Shown here: positions 25,025-36,933 of the stretch, piece after piece | Layout of the letters: each line of letters begins with the position of its first letter | Position numbering within the stretch: position 1 is the stretch's first letter | DNA from: Basidiobolus heterosporus B8920 | Taxonomy: Eukaryota | Assembly: GCA_000697455.1 (NCBI GenBank) | Contig: JNET01028356.1 | Span: forward strand, 1 to 36,933 | Length of the DNA stretch: 36,933 bases | Reading direction: 5' to 3' | Made by a program: the position numbers and the translations under genes | Notes under the pieces: model-generated | The model's database searches: none | What the model saw: only the letters and a program-made list of their open reading frames with translations | Told to the model about the DNA's origin: nothing

Positions 25025-25894
25025 ATGTCTAACGATTGGTTTTCTCAGCTTAAGAAAAACTACAAGGATGTCTCAATGACTGAGGAAGGGATTGAGACTG
25101 TAGGTTTCTATCAAGCATCAGAAGAGGTGGTTAAACTATTTGGTTGGTATATGGCTCTTTTCTTCTTTACTAGATACAAGCGAAACTATATATACAGCGC
25201 TTTTGACCTTGCATACTAATGGCTTACTTGTGGCTTAGACCTTTTAAACTCAACCGCTTTTGCTCCTGTAAAGTCTGACCTAAGTGGAAATGTCACCGTA
25301 TGTCCAAAATAAGCAACCGACTTCAATAATATCTGCTCACTATTGACAATTGATAGAAAATCCGCACAAAATATGCTACCGATCCTGCCAGTTATAACAC
25401 TTTACAAAAACTAGTGGTCACGGAGGCCAAAGAAGGAAAAGAAAGACCTGCATCACAAGGGCTGCTATGGTTATTAAGGTAGTATCTGGTAATATTTATT
25501 TCTCAAGTGGATCCTAACGTATATTGGTTAGAGGTTTGGATTTTACTTCCAAAGCCTTGAGACGAAACTTGGATAATCCCCAAGAGGAATTGAGTCAATC
25601 TTTCACAGAGGCTTACGGCTTAACTCTGAAAAAGTACCACAGCTTTGTCGTCCGACCTATATTTAGTGTAAAACATCTTGAAAAATTTCATGTATATCCT
25701 CTCAACATAAACCCTAACAATGTTAACAGTTAGCGATGAAAGCTTGTCCATACCGAAAGGACTTCTACGCCAAACTTGGGCCAGATCTCCCTACCGTTCA
25801 AAATCAGTTGGATGAATGGCTGATAGCTTTGGAAAAACAGGTGGCTCAGATGATGGAGTTCTACAAAAACGGTGGCTATGACAAAGACCTTTGA
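25025..25894 (+). CDS. Glycolipid transfer protein (GLTP / HET-C2 family); multi-exon
   Basis: Spliced AFAPVKSDLSGNVT|KIR, QGLLWLL|RGLDF, FTEAYGLTLKKYHSFVVRPIFS|LAMKACPYRKDFYAKLG. Stop TGA at 25894. Confidence 0.9.
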
Positions 25895-26059
25895 CCTCGT
25901 TTCATAGTATAATAAATATGTTTCCATACATAACACAAACAGCTTGGATACTACACAAAAATGACCAAGGATGTTTTCAAACCTAATAGGGTATTGAATT
26001 TAATTATCATTTGATCTGGATATTACGGATTATATACATGATAGGACGAGAAAACAGGG

Positions 26060-26329
26060 CTAAAGTAATAGAGTGGCTCCCAAAGTCAACAACAAGAAAA
26101 TATCCAAGTTGGAGTTTGATTGATCTTTTTCTGTAGATTCAGCATCAGTATGCTTGTGTTGTGAGAAGTCGGATGAAGAAAATGATCCTCGAAGGCCTTC
26201 CAATGCGATATCCGAGAGTGACTCCTCAGACATATAGGGTTTGGATGAAAAAGAATAAGCGTGAGGGGTTTCCTCATACCACAAATGGGCGTGTTCAATG
26301 CTTTGTGAATTGTTTCCGAAAGGGTTCAT
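26060..26329 (-). CDS. Possible orphan small protein (89 aa from ATG 26329; ORF open up to 26464) with a C-terminal hydrophobic tail
   Basis: Ser-rich ORF ending DIFLLLTLGATLLL*. Upstream splice-like signals on the same strand. No recognisable family. Confidence 0.3.
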   Translation of the reverse strand: MNPFGNNSQSIEHAHLWYEETPHAYSFSSKPYMSEESLSDIALEGLRGSFSSSDFSQHKHTDAESTEKDQSNSNLDIFLLLTLGATLLL

Positions 26330-27314
26330 AATAGTGTGAGAGTGTTTAATAAAATTGTAACCAAAGGTGAACTCTGACATAAACCGACTGCCTCTTAAAT
26401 ACCAGCAGCTGCAGCCAAGATCAAAGTCGTGAAAGAAATCAGTGTTCCACAAGGTGTACATCATTGGATCGGAAATAACCGGTAAAAAAAATTGATAGTT
26501 CTAAGAACTATCGGTGAGCTAGGAATTAATGGCTAGGCACCAAAGAACTCTCTGGATCGCCCATCCTCCCCATCTAGCCCCAGCTCGTTGATGATCATTA
26601 ATAAAATGAATGTACACAGTGTTATGAGTGCTGTGAAGTTCTATGATATAACTCGAGTGGCTTAGATTTGGTGCTCACCACCTCATAGGGTTCTCTTTAC
26701 CAATCATAGCGTTGTTGGCGAGCCACAGTATCTTAGCAATCTTGCACAGTGCATGCGCTTTCGTGAGCTGTACTTTTGTTTAAGAAATAGCCGGTGTTAG
26801 ATGAGTTGAAGTTGCAGGGTAAAGAAACACGTATGGCAAAGCTAGCCTATCCTCATAGTATATTGAGACTAGGGTTAGGAATGTTTGTCTCGGTGCAAAT
26901 GGAAGGTGAGGTGTGATAATTACTTGTCTAAGGTCAACGCGAAGGTTTCTATCTCAATAGATTCAGATCTTGTAGTGGTTAATTAGTGCCAGATCAAGTG
27001 ATTGCGGAAAGGCCTTTGGTCAGTCACAAATTGGCGGTATGGAGAGAAAGCTGACAATGTACCACTTCTTACTAAATGCATACATCTTAATGTAATGATT
27101 AGTTTAGCAAGGTTTTAGTCACAATGCAGGCCGCGATGTGAGCGAATAGTTTGATTCACTCATGATAGATTCTAAATCCGTGATATTATTTACTGATCGT
27201 TTGTTTTGACAATAACAACCATTAGCAAAAGTAAATAAGACTACGAAAAATTTCCTAGTTAATTTCATTTTATCTCCATTTTGACGGTAGTGTTGTGTGC
27301 TTCAACGTTCTAAC

Positions 27315-29533
27315 ATGTTGATTAATATTCGCACAAGTGATGGAAACCGTACATCCATTTCTGCCGAGAAGTTAGATACTATTGCAGCTGTCCGACAACG
27401 AATTTCAACTACTCTGGGAAAGAATGAATATCCGATCCATAGATTACGCTTGATTTATTCTGGTAAACAGGTACCTGAACTTTACTGGGTTGTGGAAACT
27501 TGGCGCTTTCCATTTACTTACTTCTTCCTTTCGCACAGTTGGAAAATAAACACAAGATTTTCGACTATAATGTTCGAAACAATGACACTATTCTGGTTTT
27601 TTTGAAAGCGGAGGCCTCGTTGGATGAAGAAAGTTTGGAGGAAACTCACGCTTCAAATAACCAACAACCCATTAGTTCACCAGATTCGTCAGTTGCCACC
27701 CCTGCTTCTGCAAATTTGGAAACCACTGTTGAGAACCTGCCTACTTCCGAAACGAAAACGCAATTAAATCCCCCTTCGACTAACGAAGCCTCAAACACTT
27801 CATTATCAAGTGGAGACTACATGTGTGCTAGTTGTGGAAACAATGATAAGAAAAAATGCAAAGAATGTGGCTGCAGCGTTTGTGGTGGCAAAGAGGATGA
27901 AGACTCTACGTTGATTTGTGAGGAGTGCCAGATGTATTATCATATGAAATGTTTGAACCCACCTCTGGATAAAATCCCCGATGATGATTGGTAATTTGGA
28001 ATACTAGGAAATTCGATGCATACATCCTTGGTGTTTATTTTTACATATATTATCGTTAGGTACTGTGACAACTGCTTTAACGACCCAGCCAATATTATTC
28101 AACCCGGGCAATATATTGATTTGTCGCAAACACGCAAAGCCAAAATGCCATCTGCTACACAAAAAAGAAAATGGGGTGGAGGTATGGCCTGTGCTGGTTT
28201 AGAGAAGAAATGCTCCATAGTCAAACCGAATCATGTGGGTGCTATCCCCGGGATCCCTGTAGGATCATCATGGAAATATCGAATTCACCTGAGCGAGGCA
28301 GGTGTTCACAGGTATGCTATGTTGGTTATTTCCATACGAAAATCTAGGTTAATTTAACGGTAAGGGTAATTTCCAATATAGGCCTCCTGTTGGTGGTATT
28401 GCTGGTTCTAGTAAAACAGGTGCACTTTCGATCGTTCTTGCAGGTGGTTATCCGGAAGATGTTGATAATGGCGAGGAATTTTTCTACACTGGTTCTGGTG
28501 GTCGCGACCTTAAAACAGGGAATAAACGCGTTGCCGAGCAATCGGAAGATCAAGTATTGACAAGATATAATTTGGCTTTGGCTAGAACGTGCGATGCACC
28601 AATCGATGAAGTGAACGGTGCCGAAGCTAAAGATTGGAGAAAGAGTTCGCCTGTGCGAGTGGTAAGAAGTTATAAAGTTGCAAAACACAACCCCAAATAT
28701 GCACCCGCAGATGGTGTTCGCTACGATGGTTTATACAAGTTAGTCAAAGTGAGTAATAACGCGGATTTTTTTACGCTCTTCCAAAGCTAAATATTTTGCT
28801 GACTAGTACTGGCCGCAAGCAGGATTTTCTGGTTTTATCGTTTGGGTAAGCAGTAGTGTAGTTCCGTTGAATCATCAATACCATCTAATCACTCCAATAG
28901 AGATACCTATTTCGTAGAGATGATTCCGAGCCAGCACCTTGGACTGAAGAAGGGAAAAGGCGTATTCGTGAATTGGGACTCACTATGTATTGTCCTCCGG
29001 AACTTGCCAACAAAGCATCAGCCAGCACTAAGAAGAAAACCGCAAAGGATAGCAAAAAGGTGATTGAAATTAGCGACGAAAGCGATCACAACACACAACA
29101 GAAAAACACTAAGAAGCCCAAAATCTCAGATCATACCGATTTTGGAGATAAACAATTCGTAGTAGAAGTATGCAAATTCCGTCCCCGACAAGAAATTTTA
29201 GATTTGATTGCTCAGGATGTTCAAAGTAAGCGTGCCTGGAAGGCAGTACTAGAGTCACGTGCTCGAAATATGAAGGAGTTTTTAGAAATCATTGCTGAGA
29301 AGGAATTCCTTTGCCCGGTCTGCCAAGACATGGTTCAAAACCCGGTAACCACGCCACAATGCTCTCACAGCGTGTGTGAGGGCTGCCTCAAGCAATCCAT
29401 CAGCTGCTTGGGTCAGATCTGTCCTATGTGCAGAACAGAGTTCAAGGTTAAGCTCTCGAAGGACAATCTCTCCATCAATAAGGAGCTTGTAGCCGTATTC
29501 AAGGCCTTGATCCCAAGCTATGGCACAGACTAG
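27315..29533 (+). CDS. UHRF1: UHRF1-like E3 ubiquitin ligase: UBL - prePHD/PHD - SRA - RING, no tandem Tudor; 6 exons
   Basis: UBL ([19 protein letters not shown]). PHD ([28 protein letters not shown]). SRA ([50 protein letters not shown]). RING ([17 protein letters not shown]). Confidence 0.95.
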
Positions 29534-29937
29534 TTTAACTCAAGTAGAAAGTTTTTTCGATAGACGTTTTGTAAAATAATCCCTTCTGTCCTTGGTAAAT
29601 CAATACACAGCTTTCAAATGGAGTTAAAAACATTCAGTCACAGGTTTTGCTTTCATAATAAATCATTCGAGGTATATATATATATATTTAGTTTAATTAG
29701 TTCTGGTCTACAGTAACACCATTTCCGTTGGTGGCGATCAAGCCTAGACTGTCAGATGTACAAATGGGGATCTAGAATGTACTCAGACTCAAATCCGTTG
29801 GTGACTGGATATCAGTAAGTAAGACTATGTAAGAGTACTCATATATCAAATGTATGTTGTAATTCTGTTGTTTAATAGTTTGATAACTGTGGATATAAAT
29901 TTACATGTGCTAAGGAAAGTCAGTGTATATACTTCGT

Positions 29938-30147
29938 TTAAGCAGTTTGCTTCTTTTCTTGAACTGGAAGAGCTACCCACATCAAAGCGTACGTGAACAC
30001 GGCGGATCCAACAAGGAAAGTCAGAGGTGCAGTGAGTCCCTTAGCCTTACCAAATTGTGCGGTAGTATGGTAGGTGCCCATGTTACGACGGAGAACTGGA
30101 GCAAGGGTTTGAGCGGAAACTCTGGTGCGTGCAATGGAGCTGAACAT
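29938..30147 (-). CDS. 69-aa small protein with a mitochondrial presequence-like N-terminus and a single TM helix
   Basis: MFSSIARTRVSAQTLAPVLRRNMGTYHTTAQFGKAKGLTAPLTFLVGSAVFTYALMWVALPVQEKKQTA*. Arg/Ser-rich, acid-free N-terminus. ACC-ATG start context. Codon choices resemble RPL4. Confidence 0.7.
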   Translation of the reverse strand: MFSSIARTRVSAQTLAPVLRRNMGTYHTTAQFGKAKGLTAPLTFLVGSAVFTYALMWVALPVQEKKQTA

Positions 30148-30747
30148 GGTAAAGATAAGAGGATTGGTTTGCTGGAGTATATGGCTACCGCATAGTTTTA
30201 TAGTTGTAGACATGGTTCTGTGAGAATTTATTGCAAGCCTAGAACACAGTCTTCTCCACAATTTACGAGATCTAGACAAAATCCATATTCTACAATTTAC
30301 TTCAGCTCGGGTTTGTTAAATCCCATTTACTTCGGAACCACTCATGACTTGCTAAATTGATTTCAATTCATCTACGATCACACATATCGTACATTTCGGA
30401 AAGGTTTCCTGTTAAATATGGAAACCCATTTTACTATCATAAGACCTTCTTTGAATTCAGAGTTGCAACTTCCATTGTCAAGCAACGAGTGCCGATTACC
30501 CCAATGATTGCCATCACATCCATATCAACCTCGAAATGTACACGAATTTCATTGTTTATCGCTTTTCTCCTATCGTGTCCCTTTATTGGCTTCATCTGGA
30601 AGGGAGTTCGAAGTATGTATTTCCAAATAGCGTTTATTTTAGTACACGAAATAGAATGGGGAATGAAACAACGTGAAAGTGTGTGCCTTAAAGAAATAAT
30701 AGAATAGATTACAATAATAGCAAGGTATCTCTAAGTAATACAGCGTT

Positions 30748-33269
30748 CTAGTTCCCTCCTCTTTCCATCTTTTTACCTAGTTTGATTCCCTTCGCTTTAA
30801 TATCCTGTACAGCATTGGTTGCTTTTTCAGCAGGTAAGATGGCATTGTGTGCGGTATCATTCAATCTGTCGGCTAAATCTCGGATGATACCACTGGTAAG
30901 GTATTTACCTGAGCTACCATGGGGAAGAATAGGCTGTTGCAAAAGTTGTTTCAACTCCGCCCTCCAAGAGGCTATTTTGGCTTTGGATCTGGCATCTTGC
31001 TTCTTGGAGACATTCTCTCCCTCGGAATCCTCGCTTTCTTCATCAAGATCAATGTCCAATGCCTCCGCACTCTTCTTTAACCAGTTTGATTCGTGAGTAG
31101 CCTTATTGATTCGGTGCTCCTCTTCATCGATCTTGACGGCGAGAGAAACACGCTGTCTCATAGAAGTGATAAGAGTACGATCAACTGGGAACTCAGAGAG
31201 ACCTTTTTGTTTTCCCAGGACGTGACATATCTTCTTATAGAGAGAGAGTTCTTCAGGGCAAACTAAGGCCACACTGATGCCCTCCTTTTTGGCACGAGCA
31301 GTACGACCACTTCTATGGACATAGATTTCTCCAGATCTAGGAAGTTGGTAATGTAATACGTGCTCCACAAGCGGAATATCCAGACCACGTGCTGCAACAT
31401 CGGAACACACCAACACTGCCTTGGGGTTGGACTTGAATCGATCCACATTCTTCAATCTTTGTCTTTGTTGCATTTGGGCATGAAGGCCATATGCTTGAAT
31501 TCCGAGTGTTTGTAGAATGGGCAATATCCGGCGAATGGCATCGATGCTGTTGACGAACACTAGAGTTCTGCCTGGATATCTTACTAAGAAATAATACATG
31601 TACACATCTTTATCCTTCATAACACAGTCAATACGGGCTTCTATCAATGTGGACGACATGATGTTAGCGCTGGTCACATCAATAAAGCAGGGTTCAGCAT
31701 CTTTGAATTGAATACGATTCATCAGACTCTGCATCGAACTGTCATTGGATCTCTTGTTGATCTTCCTCTTTTGCTTACGGGTGAAAACCTGAAGATCTTG
31801 GCTGATTGTAGCAGAGAAAATGAATGTCTGTTTGTCTTGCACTGTATCTTCCGAGTCATTCTCGGTGGATGCTTCTTCATCATCCATCGTGGTGACTGCT
31901 TGTTGTTTCTTTGGTGCGAGGATATTAAGGATGTAGTTCAACTCTTTGAAATGACCAGGTTCCAACATTCTATCGGCTTCATCGAGAACAAGGAATTTGA
32001 TCTTTTGTAGATTGGCAGCAAAAGTGTCGTTCTCGGAGCATAACTCCCACAGACGACCAGGGGTAGCAACGATTATGTCGGGTGTTTGTTGCATCAATCT
32101 GGTTTGCTTCTGGATGGACATGCCTCCAACAATAGGGATAATCCGAGCTCTACAGAATTGCGAAATCGCCTTCAAGTGATCTGTCACCTGAATGGCAAGT
32201 TCTCTGGTTGGGGTCAAGATAAGTGCGGTTTGCCCCTCTTTCTCCTTGTCACTATTAGTAGCCAAGTATTGAACAATGGGGAGACCAAAGGCAAGAGTTT
32301 TACCAGAACCAGTCTCGGCAGCACCAATGATGTCTCTACCTTCTAATGCAAGAGGAAGAGTCTTCTCTTGGATGGCCGTTGGGCTGTCGAATTTCAGTTT
32401 CTTGATAGCTTTTTGGATTGGACTAGCAAGGCCGTATTGCTCCCAGGCAGAGATGTCAAAGTCTTGATCGAAATCAGCTTCTACCTCCTGACTCTCCTCT
32501 TCACTTTTATCGTTTTCTGCCATTTCTTCCGTATCGCTCTCTTTCGATTCTTCTTCACTCCCCTCTTCATCTACTTCTTCTTCGTTATCCTCAATCACTT
32601 TGACATTAATGGGCTTGTTATTGTTGGCTTTTTTACTAGGTTTTCTGTCAGTCTCCACAAATGAGTCCAAGTCTATGAAGTCTTGACTCTCTTCAATTGT
32701 CAATGGAGCCTCAGGTGTAGCGGGCTTTCCTTTACTTTTTCCGTCAAGATTCTTGGCTTTCTGAACGATTACAATTTATAAAAGAATCGTTAAGTGTTTA
32801 GTGAGAATCAAATACTTCAAAAAGTGATGCATACCTTGAATGTGACCATACGCCCAGAAGTATCGTCCCCAACCCAATCGCAATCCACCCCATCAATTTC
32901 CTCCAAACATACAAAGCCACCTAATTCATCGCTTAAAAGCATTTGTTCGGGGTAAGAAACCTCTGACCAATTCAAAGAATTCAAGTCATCGACGCCGATA
33001 TCCTCAAAATCCTGGGTATTCTTGAGTTGAGGTGCATTTCCTCTCTTGCGCTTCTTGTTGAGCTTTCTCTTTTTTGAACCAGCAATGAAAACATTCTCTT
33101 CTGCTTTACTGGGGAGTGGTGGAGGTGCAAAGTTGGATAAGTTTTCCCATTCGGAATCAGCAATGTTCACCTTTTTCTTGGTTTTACGAGATTTTTTTCC
33201 CTGGTTGGTGGGTTTTTTTTCTATAGGACTTTGAGTCTCTTTGGGTTCAATATCCCGTACTTCCCACAT
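30748..33269 (-). CDS. MAK5: DEAD-box RNA helicase Mak5/DDX24; 2 exons (intron about 32761-32833)
   Basis: Q motif (FDSPTAIQ), AETGSGKT, PTRELA, TPGRL, DEAD, SAT, HAQMQQRQRLKN, YVHRSGRTAR. The N-terminal GGFVCLEEIDGVD block is typical of DDX24. Confidence 0.95.
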
Positions 33270-33569
33270 CGTTCGGTTGTTACTTGTAAATGCGAAGAAT
33301 TCACCGATTTCATGATATCTTTGTTAAAGTTAACCTTGAATGAATTTTTTTTTCTTTTTTTTCTCGAAAAAATTCAGAGTAGAATTTAGTGAGCATCCCA
33401 AAGCGTGATTAAATTCCGGCTAATAACATGTCTAAATGAAATCCTTGATTTGGTAATGGTGGTTTTTTCTGTCATGCACGAAAACCACTCGAAAAAATTG
33501 CCTTGTCTGAAATGATGGTCATTTTCCTGATATTTGATAACTCTTGAGTTGCTTAATATTCGATTGAAT

Positions 33570-35241
<1,672 letters not shown>

Positions 35242-35432
35242 TTCCATCATCCATTTAAACAATCAATAAAATCAATTGCACCTGGTGGTTTCACTCTTAA
35301 ATGCAATAACGTTTAGCTCGGATCCGATTATCCGATTATCCGAGGTGACTGCGATGATTGCGATGTTTGCATGTAACCAAAGTTCTTTCTCGAGCTTCCT
35401 GCTGCCAGAGGATCTGTAGAGATGGGTTTACT

Positions 35433-35502
35433 AATATACTCAGCAATATACTCAGCAATATACTCAGCAATATACTCAGCAATATACTCACCAATATATT
35501 CA
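35433..35502. repeat. 12-bp tandem repeat (AATATACTCAGC), four perfect plus about two degenerate copies
   Basis: Units start at 35433, 35445, 35457 and 35469 (perfect), 35481 (AATATACTCACC) and 35493 (AATATATTCA). Confidence 0.95.
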
Positions 35503-35613
35503 TATTAATTTATTTAACCTAATTAAATCAGCGGGAATGTGGGTATCCGATAGCAATGGTTACATTCTTTTTAAAAAGTCTAGGATACTTTCTTTTTCGC
35601 AAACTCTATCACC

Positions 35614-36591
35614 ATGCATTTCTCAAGTTTTCTGAGTATCACATTAGCTATTTCCACTGTCACTGTGCTCGGTCAAAATCTATTTGAAGCTATCAACACT
35701 GACACTTCTCTCCAAACTTTCTCCAAACTCCTAAAGGACCCAAACTATAGCCAGTTAAAAGACACGTTGACCGGTAGTGAGGAGTTCACCGTATTTGCTC
35801 CCACAGATTCAGCTTTTACCAACTCAAAATTAGACTTGAACCTGCCAAAAACTGTTCTGGCCTATTTGGAATATTTGACGGTGTACGGAAACTTTGCTGG
35901 TCAGACACTGACCACTAAGCACTTCCCTTTCACTCTTTTGAAAGATCCTACCTACGTCAACCAAGACGGCAACGTACAAGTTTTGATTTTTGATAAAAAT
36001 AATTCGCAACCCTTCATATCTCAGGGTTTAACTAGTGCAAATGTCACCAAGTTGGACGCTCATAAAGCTGCCAATGGTGTGGTACATGTTGTAGATGCGC
36101 TACTTCCTCCCCCAAACGCCCCTGCTCAAGTTATCCGGGAAGCTGGGTTCAGTGAAATGGCAGATGCGGTTGAACGAGCCGCTTTAGAAAATCAAATGAA
36201 CGATTTGACGGCACTTACAATATTTGCACCTACAAACGAGGCGCTAACCAGAGAGAATTTTGGAGAGAAGACTCGACCTCAACTCAGTCCAATTGTGAAA
36301 AATCATGTGATTGTTGACGATATTGTATTATCACAGAAACTACAGGATGGTGCGAAGTTTCAGTCAGTTCTTGGATATTCTCTTAACATTAAGGCTACAA
36401 ACGGGTCCACGTATGTCAACGGTTGTCGTATTATTAGAACTGACATCCTCACCAACAATGGCGTCATGCATATCATCGATGATGTGATAGCTTTGCCATC
36501 CAACTTTCACTCCAACAGCTCGCCTCAGTGTATAGCAAACATTTGGGTTACCTTCCTTGGCATTGTATTAGCTGTTGCTTGGAGAGGGTGA
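35614..36591 (+). CDS. Secreted, probably GPI-anchored fasciclin protein with two FAS1 domains; intronless
   Basis: Signal peptide. FAS1 H1 motifs FTVFAPTDSAF and LTIFAPTNEA. H2 motifs NGVVHVVDALL and NGVMHIIDDVI. C-terminal hydrophobic tail. Confidence 0.93.
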   Translation: MHFSSFLSITLAISTVTVLGQNLFEAINTDTSLQTFSKLLKDPNYSQLKDTLTGSEEFTVFAPTDSAFTNSKLDLNLPKTVLAYLEYLTVYGNFAGQTLTTKHFPFTLLKDPTYVNQDGNVQVLIFDKNNSQPFISQGLTSANVTKLDAHKAANGVVHVVDALLPPPNAPAQVIREAGFSEMADAVERAALENQMNDLTALTIFAPTNEALTRENFGEKTRPQLSPIVKNHVIVDDIVLSQKLQDGAKFQSVLGYSLNIKATNGSTYVNGCRIIRTDILTNNGVMHIIDDVIALPSNFHSNSSPQCIANIWVTFLGIVLAVAWRG

Positions 36592-36933
36592 GTGACTGTT
36601 ATTGTTGGGCTGCATACCACACACACCCCGTACATTATATATTTATCACACATCATAGCTCTTGACTTTAATAAATTTCCAGCGATTTTCCTATTTAATC
36701 ATATGCGATCCGTGGCCAATGTGACGAAAAATTTTACTTCAGATGGTCCCGACATACTTGTATTTCACTTGAAGGCAATCCTGCACTGTACCGAATATGA
36801 GCTTTCTTCGTGCTTCTCCTATGCTTTCTCGTGTTGCCATCAGCCTTAGCCAAGCAACCTCGGTTGCTTGCAGACCATTGGCATCTCTATCATATCGTTG
36901 CTACTCCACTGAAGCACCAGGTACCACAAGACA

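Noticed and set aside
27003..27038. E2F-like words (GCGGAAA, TTGGCGG) upstream of UHRF1 and GGCGGAAA upstream of the CDK
   Set aside because: Attractive because early-diverging fungi retain E2F, but none is a full TTTSSCGC match; too short to support.
30357..30707. 116-aa + strand ORF downstream of MAK5
   Set aside because: Non-ATG start, no motifs, overlaps probable UTR/promoter sequence.
33340..33500. RRPE-like AAAAATT and SCB-like CACGAAAA words in the MAK5/EngB promoter
   Set aside because: Similar words occur in most intergenic regions here, and no PAC motif was seen.
35433..35502. Repeat array considered as CRISPR-like
   Set aside because: Head-to-tail 12-mers with no spacers in a eukaryotic genome; a simple minisatellite.

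Overview
Gene-dense eukaryotic DNA with short GT-AG introns (mostly about 55-90 nt) and CTAAC/CTGAC branch points. The proteins are fungal-like but retain animal-type factors, which fits an early-diverging fungus (Zoopagomycota/Mucoromycota grade; inferred, not proven). Genes in order: the 3' end of a hydrophilic ORF, ureG, an uncharacterised GNAT-like gene, a variant CDK1/cdc2, DONSON, importin alpha, ISC1 sphingomyelinase, NOP7/pescadillo, an OSR1/SPAK-like STE20 kinase, a CSC1/OSCA channel, RPL4, a glycolipid transfer protein, a possible orphan ORF, UHRF1 (UBL-PHD-SRA-RING), a 69-aa mitochondrial-type microprotein, MAK5/DDX24, an EngB/YihA GTPase and a fasciclin protein. No rRNA, tRNA, CRISPR array or clear transposon was seen. 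Most notable: (1) an animal-like UHRF1 lacking the tandem Tudor domain; (2) a fungal DONSON with two NPF motifs; (3) a CDK1 with GEGAYG and PTTAIRE; (4) an OSR1-like kinase carrying four RFx[V/I/L] motifs in its own tail; (5) RPL4 with a long intronic hairpin and a TCT/5'TOP-like leader; (6) a bacterial-looking GNAT. Exon boundaries were read by eye and need RNA-seq confirmation.
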